Below, piece after piece: positions 1 to 8,949 of a stretch of 64,000 nucleotides of DNA (the stretch's first letter is position 1; every line of letters begins with the position of its first letter). Source of the DNA: Armatimonadota bacterium (GTDB lineage Bacteria > Armatimonadota > SYMT01); contig JAWLHY010000008.1 in the NCBI GenBank assembly GCA_041690135.1, positions 192,001 through 256,000 of the forward strand. Direction: 5' to 3'. The position numbers and the translations under genes were made by a program. Below the pieces are notes generated by a model. The model saw nothing but the letters and a program-made list of their open reading frames with translations, ran no database searches and was not told the DNA's origin.

Positions 1-1
1 G

Positions 2-1990
2 ACGGGGAACGGCGTGCTCCTGCCGGACTGGTGGCGCAAACCGGCGGCCCGACTCGGCATCCGCGCGCGGCTTCGGTCGGCCTCCGGCTCCACCGCCGCG
101 GGTTCTCGAAAACTGATGACGCAGGAACACCTGGTGCAGTTCGACTGGCAACTGGCGCTGGGTGACGAGCCCCTCTCACCGGAGGAGTTCGCCGAGCTCG
201 CTTCTCTGAAGGAGCCGCTGGTGCGGATCCGCGGCCGGTGGTTGGAAATCCGTCCGGACGAGGTCGAGCGCGCCATCCGGGCGTGGGAGCGCCGCCGGAA
301 TGCGGGCCCAGTCAGTCTGCTCGACGCACTTCACCTCCCCGAGGAAGAGGAAGGTCTGCCCGTTACCGGGGTGGAGTTCGAGGGAGAACTGGAGCATCTG
401 TTCCGGCGACTCCAGGGCGAGGAACGCCTGGATCCCGTCCCCCTGCCGCCGGAGTTTCAAGGCCACCTCCGCCCCTATCAGCAGTACGGCCTGGAGTGGC
501 TCACCTTTCTGCGGCATTGGGGCCTGGGTGCTTGCCTGGCGGACGACATGGGCCTGGGCAAGACGGTGCAGGTACTTGCCTACCTTCTACACCTAAGCCG
601 GGAAGGGCGGGAGGGACCCGCCTTACTGATCTGTCCCACTTCGCTGGTCGAAAACTGGCGCCGTGAGGCCTCGCGCTTCGCCCCCACTCTCCGTGTTTAC
701 ATCCACCACGGAGCGAACCGTGTGCGCGATGCAGAAGACGCTTCCGATGCCGGCGGTGATGTTCCCTCGGAAGGGAAAGAGGACCTGGCCGCCGATCCCG
801 CCCAGGCGGGCGAAGGCGTGGCGGGCGAGCCCGGCTTGCGGCTCGCCGCAGCCGTGGCCGGGTACGACCTTGTCGTTACCACGTATCCGTTGGCGCTCCG
901 GGACCAGGGGTCGCTCCGTACGGTGGCGTGGGGTACAGTGATCCTCGACGAGGCCCAGAACATCAAGAACCCCGCGGCCCGCCAGACTCGTGCGATCCGG
1001 TCGTTGTCTTCCGGTGCGCGGGTTGCCATGACCGGCACCCCCGTCGAGAACCGCCTGGGGGACCTCTGGTCACTGATGGAGTTCCTCAACCCGGGCATCC
1101 TCGGATCGGAGCGAAGCTTCCGGGGTCGCTACGCCATTCCGATCGAACGTCACCATGAACCGGAAGCGGCCGAAAAGCTGCGCCGCCTGACCGGTCCGTT
1201 CATCCTCCGCCGCGTGAAGACCGATCCGACCGTCATCCGGGATTTGCCCGAGAAGCAGGAGATGAAGGTCATCTGCACCCTCACCTCCGAGCAGGCGACT
1301 CTCTATGAAGCGGTGGTCCGGGAGATGCTGGAGGCGATCGAGGAATCGGAAGGGATCCAGCGCCGCGGGCTCGTGCTCTCCGTCCTTTCGCGGTTGAAGC
1401 AGATCTGCAACCATCCGGCACATTTTCTCCACGACGAGAGCGCCCTGGCGGGCCGCTCCGGCAAGCTGGAGCGCCTGGTAGAAATGCTGGAGGAGGTCCT
1501 TTCGGTGGGAGAGGCGGCTCTGGTGTTCACGCAGTTTGCCGAGATGGGAGAGTTGCTCCAACGGCATCTGCAGACCACGCTGGGGCGGGAAGCGCTCTTC
1601 CTGCATGGCGGCGTGCCGCGCCCCCGCCGGGACGGTATCGTGAACCGTTTCCAGGCAGAGGACGGGCCGCCGGTGATGGTCCTTTCTCTCAAGGCGGGAG
1701 GTGTCGGGCTAAATCTGACCCGGGCCAACCATGTCTTTCACTTCGACCGCTGGTGGAACCCCGCCGTGGAGAACCAGGCTACCGATCGGGCCTTCCGGAT
1801 CGGTCAGAAGCGCAATGTCCAGGTCCACAAGTTCCTCTGTGCCGGCACCCTGGAAGACCAGATCGACGCCATGATCGAACAGAAACAGGAACTGGCCCAG
1901 AGCATTGTCGGCACCGGCGAGAACTGGCTGACGGAGCTGAGCACTGTCCAACTCCGCGACCTCCTAACCCTCCGGAGGGCAGAAAGTTGA
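2..1990 (+). CDS. SNF2-family (DEAD/DEAH-box) helicase/ATPase, 5'-truncated by window edge
   Basis: Motifs LADDMGLGKT, ILDEAQNIKN, MTGTPVENRL, SLKAGGVGLNLT, WWNPAVENQATDRAFRIGQ; frame open to position 2. Confidence 0.95.
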   Translation, partial: TGNGVLLPDWWRKPAARLGIRARLRSASGSTAAGSRKLMTQEHLVQFDWQLALGDEPLSPEEFAELASLKEPLVRIRGRWLEIRPDEVERAIRAWERRRNAGPVSLLDALHLPEEEEGLPVTGVEFEGELEHLFRRLQGEERLDPVPLPPEFQGHLRPYQQYGLEWLTFLRHWGLGACLADDMGLGKTVQVLAYLLHLSREGREGPALLICPTSLVENWRREASRFAPTLRVYIHHGANRVRDAEDASDAGGDVPSEGKEDLAADPAQAGEGVAGEPGLRLAAAVAGYDLVVTTYPLALRDQGSLRTVAWGTVILDEAQNIKNPAARQTRAIRSLSSGARVAMTGTPVENRLGDLWSLMEFLNPGILGSERSFRGRYAIPIERHHEPEAAEKLRRLTGPFILRRVKTDPTVIRDLPEKQEMKVICTLTSEQATLYEAVVREMLEAIEESEGIQRRGLVLSVLSRLKQICNHPAHFLHDESALAGRSGKLERLVEMLEEVLSVGEAALVFTQFAEMGELLQRHLQTTLGREALFLHGGVPRPRRDGIVNRFQAEDGPPVMVLSLKAGGVGLNLTRANHVFHFDRWWNPAVENQATDRAFRIGQKRNVQVHKFLCAGTLEDQIDAMIEQKQELAQSIVGTGENWLTELSTVQLRDLLTLRRAES

Positions 1991-2020
1991 GTCTCCTGGC
2001 AGCACGAGAGCAGGGTTTGC

Positions 2021-2052
2021 AGGTTGGAAGGTTGGAAAGTTGGAAGGTTGGG
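2021..2052. repeat. 8-bp tandem repeat (AGGTTGGA)x4, degenerate
   Basis: aggttgga aggttgga aagttgga aggttggg read directly. Confidence 0.85.
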
Positions 2053-2123
2053 GACCCGGCTGGCCGTTGCGGGTGCGGTTTGGCGGCCCCATAGCCGAGT
2101 CGATCCGGCTTCTGCCACGGACC

Positions 2124-2218
2124 TCACGCATGACGCATTGCGGGTCACGCACCTGTTCGTAGCAGCAGTAACGTCCCCGCATTCGTCCCGGGTTCGTGCA
2201 ATACGCAACACGCAATAC
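2124..2218. repeat. Two 7-bp micro-arrays (TCACGCA-like x4 at 2124-2151; GCAATAC-like x3 at 2198-2218)
   Basis: tcacgca tgacgca ttgcggg tcacgca; gcaatac gcaacac gcaatac. Confidence 0.6.
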
Positions 2219-2222
2219 AACC

Positions 2223-3137
2223 ATGTGGCGCTACTACCGAGACTGGGAAACAACCGGGCCGCGGGCCGTGAAGGACGGCATCCGCGCGCAAAGCCGCGGC
2301 GGCAAGTTCGCTACTTCCTGGTGGGGGAAGCGCTGGCTGCAGGCGCTGGAAAGCTTCGGCTGGGATAACCGTCTCCAGCGCGGCCGCAGCTACGCGCGCC
2401 AGGGCCAAGTGGTGGACCTAGCCCTGGGGCCGCAGGGGGTGACCGCGGGGGTTCAGGGGAGCCGCCCCAGGCCGTATCGCGTCTCCATTCACCTGCGCCC
2501 GTTATCGCAGGCACAGTGGGAACAGGCTATTGCGGCGCTGGAGGACAGCCCGCTCTATGTCGGGCAACTGCTGGCCGGGGAGATGCCACAGGAGCTCGAG
2601 GGCGTCTTTGGAGCCGCGGGCGCCGTGTTGTTTCCGGAGATGCGCTCCGACCTGGAAATGTCCTGCTCCTGTCCGGATGCGGCGGTGCCCTGCAAACACC
2701 TGGCGGCGGTCTATTATCTTCTGGCGGAATGGCTCGACCGCGACCCCTTCATCCTCTTCGAGCTGCGGGGCAAGGACCGGGAAGCCCTGCTTGCGGACCT
2801 GCGCCAGAAGGGCGGCGAAGAGGTGGAAGCTCCTGCCGCGGAGCCGGAGGAGCCGCTGACGGTCGAGAACTTCTGGGGCAGCGAAGACTACGCCCTCGAT
2901 CCGGCGAGTGATGCCCCTCCCGCTCTCCCGCAGGCCGTTCTCCGCGCCCTCGGTGACCCGCCGGGATGGGATGGCCAGCCCCTGGCCTCCCGTTTGCGAC
3001 CGGTCTACACGCAGGTCAGCGCCCAGGCAGGCGCCCTCCTGGACGGCCCGCCCGAACTGCCCGATGAGGAGTTGAACCACGAAGATTTACGCCCCACAGG
3101 GGTGCACAAAGGACCCGAAGTCGGAAGGTCGGGGTGA
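2223..3137 (+). CDS. SWIM zinc-finger protein (SNF2-associated)
   Basis: CSCPD...CKHLAAVYY SWIM motif; RLQRGRSYARQG and WWGKRW N-terminal motifs; follows SNF2 gene; ATG at 2223. Confidence 0.92.
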   Translation: MWRYYRDWETTGPRAVKDGIRAQSRGGKFATSWWGKRWLQALESFGWDNRLQRGRSYARQGQVVDLALGPQGVTAGVQGSRPRPYRVSIHLRPLSQAQWEQAIAALEDSPLYVGQLLAGEMPQELEGVFGAAGAVLFPEMRSDLEMSCSCPDAAVPCKHLAAVYYLLAEWLDRDPFILFELRGKDREALLADLRQKGGEEVEAPAAEPEEPLTVENFWGSEDYALDPASDAPPALPQAVLRALGDPPGWDGQPLASRLRPVYTQVSAQAGALLDGPPELPDEELNHEDLRPTGVHKGPEVGRSG

Positions 3138-3483
3138 CCTGGGTTGAACTCATCCCCAAGTTCGGACTATGAGGACAGGTTGCAAAGGCGAGATGGAAGT
3201 CACTGAGCAGATCCGGAGGCACGGACGGAGGCGCCTCCCCGGTGACCGCCGCGGAATGGAATTCTCCAACACCCCCTTCGTGGGCACCTGATACGCGCGG
3301 CTATCCAAGCCCTACCATAACGCTTTCCGGGTGCGGAGCCGAGGTTGTGTGCAGGAGTCGCCGCCGTACTGCAGTCCGGGTACAGGCCCATGATCCTGGT
3401 CGGCGACAGCGGCCGACCCTACCGGTGTGCATTCCGAGTGCGTGGCTCTCACCAGGTGGCGGGCGAGACGCACGCCCCACGGT

Positions 3484-3511
3484 GCCCCACCGGAGTGTAC
3501 TCCGGTGGGGC
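3484..3511. repeat. 13-bp perfect inverted repeat (REP-like or terminator hairpin)
   Basis: GCCCCACCGGAGT-GT-ACTCCGGTGGGGC between convergent genes. Confidence 0.7.
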
Positions 3512-3526
3512 GTGGATCTTGGTGGT

Positions 3527-4132
3527 TTACTCCGACACCAAGATGCACGGCAAGTCCGCCAGCAGGGTGTCCATCCGTTGATGCAGGCGCAGGGCTTCGA
3601 CCACGCATGGGAGGGGTTGGGCGTAGATGCGGTTGTCGATGAACTCGAGCTCGGGATAGGCGAGAGCGTCTTCCGGAGGAGTGAACTGGACATTGAGGCT
3701 GGGAGTGTTCCCGCGTGGGTCCAGCCGTAGCCAGTGGTTCCGGCCCGGCAAGAGGACTCCTACCAGCCCGTGGAGGGTCCGATGGCCGGGAAGGGTGTGG
3801 GGTGGGTCTACGAACCCCTGGTAGCAAAAACCGGCTGGGAGACCCGCGGCCCGGAGCAGGGCGGCGAGCAGGTGCGCTTTGGCGTAGCAAAGTCCGGTGC
3901 CCAGCGCCAGCACCTCGCTCGCGGTGCAGGTCACTTCCTCTCTTCCCGCGTCCACCGAGTGGGAGATACGATCGCGCACCCATTCGAAGAGCAGACGGAT
4001 CCGCTCCAGGTCGCACTCTTCCGGTCGCACCAACTCTCGCGCCAATTTCCGGACGGAGTGATGATCCCAATCCACCACGTCACCGGCCGCCAGGTAGGCG
4101 CACACGTCGGGATCGGTTGCAGGCGTAGTCAT
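3527..4132 (-). CDS. Transglutaminase-like (cysteine protease fold) family protein
   Basis: FEWVRDRISHS, GTGLCYAKAHL (Cys), LHGL (His), RLDPRGN (Asp); GGAG SD before ATG 4132. Confidence 0.88.
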   Translation of the reverse strand: MTTPATDPDVCAYLAAGDVVDWDHHSVRKLARELVRPEECDLERIRLLFEWVRDRISHSVDAGREEVTCTASEVLALGTGLCYAKAHLLAALLRAAGLPAGFCYQGFVDPPHTLPGHRTLHGLVGVLLPGRNHWLRLDPRGNTPSLNVQFTPPEDALAYPELEFIDNRIYAQPLPCVVEALRLHQRMDTLLADLPCILVSE

Positions 4133-4263
4133 CTCATTGGCTCCACGGGCGGCTACTGAAGCGTATCGTCCTGCAGCAAGCATCGCAGCATAGCGGCAGG
4201 AAACGCGCGTCGGAGTTGGGAACAAGGGGGCAGTTTTCACACGTCGTCCGCACGAGGGTTGCC

Positions 4264-5040
4264 ATGCTGCCGATTGCTGAACCAGGTCCACTTACGGACC
4301 GGGAGCGGTTCCTATTCGACGTTGCCGGGTTCCTGGTCATTCCGGACGCGCTAACAACCGCGGAAGTCGAAGCCTTGCTCCTGGCGGCGAAGCGGGCTCA
4401 CGCGCCGCATCCTCCGGACCAATGGCGGCAACTGGGCGCGGTTTACGAGTACGAGCCGGCGGTGGAGCCGTTGATCGATCACCCTTCCGTGTTCGCCAAG
4501 GTCCGCGCGTTGATGGGGGACTACTTCATCCTCCAGAGCAGTTGGTGCACGATGTCGCCTCCCGGTTTCCCGGGCGGCGGCTTCCACCAAGACGGCTCCG
4601 GCGTGTATGAGTTCCGGCGGCTGGCAATTCCCACCCCTCTGGTCCAATTGCGGATCGGGTTCTTTCTCACGGACCAGTCCGAGCCGGACATGGGGAACAT
4701 GGTGATGATCCCGGGCAGCCACAACGCCGCGGTCAGCCTGCCACGGGGTACGCTGCCGGAGGAAATCCCCATCGCCCAGGTGATCTGCGGCAAGCCGGGC
4801 ACCGCGTTAATGTTCCACCAGGGGGTGTGGCACTGCGGGACGAAGAACGAACGGGATTACCCCCGCTTCATCCAGCATATAGTCTACGCGCCCCCCTGGC
4901 TGGTGCCTTCCGACCGCCGGGGGAACGATCCCGCCTTCCTGGAGCGGACCACCCCCCTCCGCCGCGCCCTGTTGGGAGAGTGGCAGCGGCCCGAGGAACC
5001 ATTTGGGGTCGGCTACCCACGTCCTCCCTTTGACGATTGA
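4264..5040 (+). CDS. Phytanoyl-CoA dioxygenase (PhyH) family Fe(II)/2OG oxygenase
   Basis: FHQD (HxD), IPGSH, distal WHCG, GFLVIPDAL N-terminus. Confidence 0.9.
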   Translation: MLPIAEPGPLTDRERFLFDVAGFLVIPDALTTAEVEALLLAAKRAHAPHPPDQWRQLGAVYEYEPAVEPLIDHPSVFAKVRALMGDYFILQSSWCTMSPPGFPGGGFHQDGSGVYEFRRLAIPTPLVQLRIGFFLTDQSEPDMGNMVMIPGSHNAAVSLPRGTLPEEIPIAQVICGKPGTALMFHQGVWHCGTKNERDYPRFIQHIVYAPPWLVPSDRRGNDPAFLERTTPLRRALLGEWQRPEEPFGVGYPRPPFDD

Positions 5041-5144
5041 TCCTCACCCCCCGAAAGGCGCGACTCTGGCCATTAGCAACGAACGCCACTGGGCGGAATG
5101 GGACGGTCCGTACGTGGGTACCATCTCCGCAAGGAGTGACGATC

Positions 5145-5831
5145 ATGCAGAGAGGCCTATCGGAGCGGCCGGAGTTGGAACCGGACAGTGATCCCCGAGA
5201 GCTGGATGATCGGACGCAAGAGGAGCAGCGACCGGTGCAGGTGGCTCCGGAGGGAGTGGGACCCCTGTTGCAGCGCGATTATGTGCTGACGCTGGAAGGC
5301 AGTCCCTGCACGCCCGAGCAGGTCATCGAGCACATCCGCAGCGACTTCCCGCGTTTCTCTCCCGACGTTTTGTCGAAGTTCACCCGGACGGTGGGGGAGG
5401 GGCGGCCGCTGGAAGTCGGCGACACGCTGCACGTGCGGATCACGGGTGGTGGCCATGCCGGCGTTATCGTCAGCCACATGGATGCGCGGAGCCTGACCGT
5501 TCGCACTCAGGAAGGCCATATGGAGGCGGGGCGGAACACCTTCGGGGCTTACTACGACGCCCTGGGGCGGCTCGTGCTCCGCATCCGCAGCCGGTCTCGC
5601 ATCCGCGACCTGCCCCGTTCGGTCGGCTACTGGCTGTTCGGCAAGAACGCCCAGGCGGAGGTCTGGTGCACCTACCTGCGCCGCCTCGCGGAGACGTGCG
5701 GCGGCCATCCCGTGGGGGACGTGGCAGTCACCACCGTGGAGGTGGAAGACACCCCCGCGGATGAGGGCGCGCTGGAATTACCCACCTTCTGCCCGTGGCC
5801 CGCGTCCGGGGATCCCTCTGTGGCGGCCTGA
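5145..5831 (+). CDS. DUF1990-like hypothetical protein
   Basis: G-GPLLQRDY start and TQEGHMEAGRNTF motif; AAGGAG SD before ATG 5145. Confidence 0.65.
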   Translation: MQRGLSERPELEPDSDPRELDDRTQEEQRPVQVAPEGVGPLLQRDYVLTLEGSPCTPEQVIEHIRSDFPRFSPDVLSKFTRTVGEGRPLEVGDTLHVRITGGGHAGVIVSHMDARSLTVRTQEGHMEAGRNTFGAYYDALGRLVLRIRSRSRIRDLPRSVGYWLFGKNAQAEVWCTYLRRLAETCGGHPVGDVAVTTVEVEDTPADEGALELPTFCPWPASGDPSVAA

Positions 5832-5899
5832 AAAATAGGTGCCCCTCGGGGGCGGCAGCGTTCGGACAGATCGCTAACTCGAAGGGCCACCCGCTAACG

Positions 5900-6259
5900 T
5901 CAGGTAACGGCGGGCCAGGCAAGCAGCCACAGAGCCAGGAAGAGCGCTTCCGCCAGGGCATCCAGCAGGTAAATCCGCGGTATTCTGCGCTGGGACACGA
6001 AGATCACGTCGATTATGCAAAAGCCCACCGCGGCGCCCACGGCCAGCAGGGCGATCTCCAGGTAAACGGCACCGCGGGTGCCGGCCAGCAGCAAGACGGC
6101 GCCGATGACGCCGGCCAGTACTCCGACGGTCTTCACCAGCCAGTGGTCGCGCTTGGGACCCGTAACCGCTTCGAAGGTCCGCATACTCACCAACGGCCAG
6201 ATGCCCGTAATCAGGTAGTAGGCACCTCCGACGATCAGCAGGTAGGTAGCCACGACCAA
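5900..6259 (-). CDS. Small 4-TM hypothetical membrane protein
   Basis: YYLITGIWPLVSMRTFEAVTGPK-DHWLVKTVG and IYLLDA pattern; four hydrophobic segments. Confidence 0.75.
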   Translation of the reverse strand: MVVATYLLIVGGAYYLITGIWPLVSMRTFEAVTGPKRDHWLVKTVGVLAGVIGAVLLLAGTRGAVYLEIALLAVGAAVGFCIIDVIFVSQRRIPRIYLLDALAEALFLALWLLAWPAVT

Positions 6260-6304
6260 TGATGCCCTAACTTGCTGCCCTGGATATCCGCGCTCGACTG
6301 ATGA

Positions 6305-7021
6305 CTATTCACCCAGCATCCACTCTATGGCTTCCTGCGCAATATCGTGCGGTACGGTGTGCGGACCCTGGAATTCGTGGTAATGCACGTCGTATCCCGC
6401 TTCTTCCAGCCGCGGGACGAGACGACGACTGCAATGATCGATCGCCAGGACCCGGTCCGCCGTGCCATGGGAGATGTAGATGCGCGGAGCACCCTGCTGC
6501 CGCGACGGCGCCATGAAACCGGGTGAGAAGGCGATGACGTGCGTGAACAGGTCTCCGTTGGCAACGCCCAGGGAGAGCGCGTAAGAAGCGCCGTCCGAGA
6601 ATCCACCCACGGCGATCGTGTCGGGATCGATGTTGTAGTGCTCGAACACCTCGTCGAGTGCCGAGTCGATGAACTTGACGTCCGGCCCGTATCCGTCCAG
6701 GATCCTATCCCAGGTGCGGCCGCGGGAGTCGACGGCAAGAAGCAGCAGGTCCCACTGGTCCGCCAGGTTGCGCAACAGGTCGAGACCGTGGATTGCGTGA
6801 CCTCCCGCGCCATGGAGCAGGAGTGCCATCGGCACCGGACAATCGCCGCGATAGCCGGCAGGCACGTATACCAGCCCGTCTCGCTTCCCACCGAGCCCCA
6901 GTCTCTGCACGCCTCGGCGCATGTTAAGATCGGCTCTACGGCCGGTGCGATCCGGTCTTGTCTCCAGGAATCCCTGGGCCGCCGCCGAACCGCCGGTCGG
7001 GCGTGTTTTCAGGTCTTGCAT
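6305..7021 (-). CDS. Phospholipase/carboxylesterase (alpha/beta hydrolase)
   Basis: LLHGAGG, GFSDG nucleophile elbow, HGTAD, GPHTVP catalytic triad. Confidence 0.92.
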   Translation of the reverse strand: MQDLKTRPTGGSAAAQGFLETRPDRTGRRADLNMRRGVQRLGLGGKRDGLVYVPAGYRGDCPVPMALLLHGAGGHAIHGLDLLRNLADQWDLLLLAVDSRGRTWDRILDGYGPDVKFIDSALDEVFEHYNIDPDTIAVGGFSDGASYALSLGVANGDLFTHVIAFSPGFMAPSRQQGAPRIYISHGTADRVLAIDHCSRRLVPRLEEAGYDVHYHEFQGPHTVPHDIAQEAIEWMLGE

Positions 7022-7268
7022 TCCCTTGTCCTCCCCTGGTCTGCGAGCCTCTTACCCGAAAGACGCGCCGTTTATCCCTGTCGCGTCCGCGCCTGGACCT
7101 TTCGGGTACCGAGATGGATTTCCGAGCGCTTTTCGCGGAACCTGTGCGGAAACATCCCGGCGGCATCCTGATGGGTTAGCCCAGTGCCGAATGGGGTAAG
7201 GGCAATACGACCGCGGCCCGCGGGCCCTAGTAGGACGACGGAAGGGCCAGAGAAGGGGAGGACAGGAA

Positions 7269-7484
7269 GTGCCGGATCAGAAGTATTGCGAAGCCTGCGA
7301 TGCGCCGTTCGACTGGAAAGGTCTGAACATCGGTGGGACCGACTACTGCTGCGCGGAGTGCGCCAGTAGCAAGCCATGCGGGTGCCCCCAGCACGACCAC
7401 GGCATTCCCGTACCGGACGCGGATGCTCCGGAGCTTGTCGGTCTTCGCCCGGATGACCTGGAACCGGCCGGCGGCCGGAGTTGA
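7269..7484 (+). CDS. Small Cys/His-rich metallothionein-like metal-binding protein
   Basis: CEAC-x16-CCAEC-x5-CGC-x2-HDH; GGAGGA SD upstream of GTG; strong hairpin right after stop. Confidence 0.72.
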   Translation: MPDQKYCEACDAPFDWKGLNIGGTDYCCAECASSKPCGCPQHDHGIPVPDADAPELVGLRPDDLEPAGGRS

Positions 7485-7488
7485 GGGG

Positions 7489-7528
7489 AAGCCCCGGCTA
7501 CCGGCAGAACTGCCGGTAGCCGGGGCTT
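7489..7528. terminator. 19-bp perfect hairpin between convergent genes (bidirectional terminator or REP)
   Basis: AAGCCCCGGCTACCGGCAG-AA-CTGCCGGTAGCCGGGGCTT. Confidence 0.75.
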
Positions 7529-7541
7529 TGGGATGAGATCC

Positions 7542-8720
7542 TTACTTCGGTTGGAACTCGACCGTCTCACCCTGGGTTTCGACGATCAGTTCCTTCCGCC
7601 CTTCGAGAGGCTCCACGCGTCCCACCACCTGGGCCTCGATCCCGAACGAGCGGGTGATCTCGATAATTCCCTGGGTAGCGGAGGGCTCGCATGCAAACTC
7701 CATCCGGTGCCCCATGTTGAATACGCGCAGCATCTCACGGAGAGGGCTGCCGGTGGTCTGCCGGAGGAACCGGAACAGGGGTGGCGCGGGGAACAGGTTG
7801 TCCTTCACGTACCGGACGTTGGACCCAAAGTTGAGGCACTTGGTCTGCCCGCCGCCGGTATTATGGAAGATCGCCGAAATCGCGCCCCGGAAGTTCTGGA
7901 GCACCTGGGCGACCACGGGGGCATAGGTACGGGTCGGTGAGAGGCAGGCCTCACCCACGGTGAAAGATGTATCGGGCAGCGGGTCGTCAATATCGAACGC
8001 CCCGGTGTAAGCCATCTCGTAGATTTCCGGGGCAAAGCTCTCCGGATACTCGTCCCGGTAGCGCGGAGCGAGCAGTCCGTGGCGCAGCGCCGTGAACCCG
8101 TTCGTCCCGATCCCCGAGTTCGGCTTCGTCTCGTAGGTCGCCTGCCCGAACGACGCGAGCCCGACCAGGTGATGGCCCGCCTTTACCTGGCTGGTGTTGA
8201 TGAAGGCGGCGCGCTCCATCCGGGTGGCCACGCTGGAATCCACGATAATCGTCCGGACCAGGTCGCCCACGTCCGCGGTTTCCCCTCCGCACGCGGTAAT
8301 GTGGAACCCAAACGGTTCGAGGCTGCGGCTCACCGCTTCGTAGCCGGTAATCACGGCCTCCACTACCTCACCGGGGATGAGCTTCGCGTTGCGGCCGATG
8401 GTGTTCGACAACACGTAAGGCCCCAGAGCGCCCACGCACAGCATGTCGTCCAGATTCATCACCAGGGAGTCCTGGGCGATGCCCTGGAAGATCGCCGGGT
8501 CCCGGTGCCGCTGGTAGTGAAGGTACGCCAGCGACGACTTGGTGCCCGCCCCGTCCGCGTGCAGCAGGACACAGTGATCCGGCGACCCGGTGAAGACATC
8601 GGGCACCGCCTTACAGAAGGCGCCGGGAAAGACCCCCGGGTCCAGGTGGCTCACGGCCCGGACGACGTCTTCTTTGTGTGCGGATACCCCCCGCTGTTCA
8701 TAGGAGATGCTGCTCGACAT
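7542..8720 (-). CDS. purM: Phosphoribosylformylglycinamidine cyclo-ligase (AIR synthase), long PurM-like type
   Basis: YEQRGVSAHKEDV, HADGAGTKSSLAY, GGETADVGDLVRTI, HNTGGGQTK, VFNMGHRME. Confidence 0.9.
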   Translation of the reverse strand: MSSSISYEQRGVSAHKEDVVRAVSHLDPGVFPGAFCKAVPDVFTGSPDHCVLLHADGAGTKSSLAYLHYQRHRDPAIFQGIAQDSLVMNLDDMLCVGALGPYVLSNTIGRNAKLIPGEVVEAVITGYEAVSRSLEPFGFHITACGGETADVGDLVRTIIVDSSVATRMERAAFINTSQVKAGHHLVGLASFGQATYETKPNSGIGTNGFTALRHGLLAPRYRDEYPESFAPEIYEMAYTGAFDIDDPLPDTSFTVGEACLSPTRTYAPVVAQVLQNFRGAISAIFHNTGGGQTKCLNFGSNVRYVKDNLFPAPPLFRFLRQTTGSPLREMLRVFNMGHRMEFACEPSATQGIIEITRSFGIEAQVVGRVEPLEGRKELIVETQGETVEFQPK

Positions 8721-8949
8721 AGTTCACCCTGAAAGCCACCGAATGGCACGACCCACGGCCCCGTACGGGCCACATAGAGCCTATCCCAAACGTGGGTCTT
8801 TGGTCGAGGATCGATCCTTGGCAAATCTGTCTCGGCCCTGGTGGCCGGGTCCGATCAGCCCGCGGGGTGCGTGCATGTGGCATAACTTGTTGGGGATTAC
8901 ACCGGACTCCCTCTGAATTGCCGGATCACCCTGGTTGCCTTGCCTGCGA

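Noticed and set aside
3138-3483. Coding or ncRNA feature between the SWIM and transglutaminase genes
   Set aside because: The ORFs look like noise and only short hairpins are present, with no promoter-terminator pair
8721-8949. ZTP/PRPP/purine riboswitch upstream of purM
   Set aside because: No consensus motifs recognisable on the minus strand
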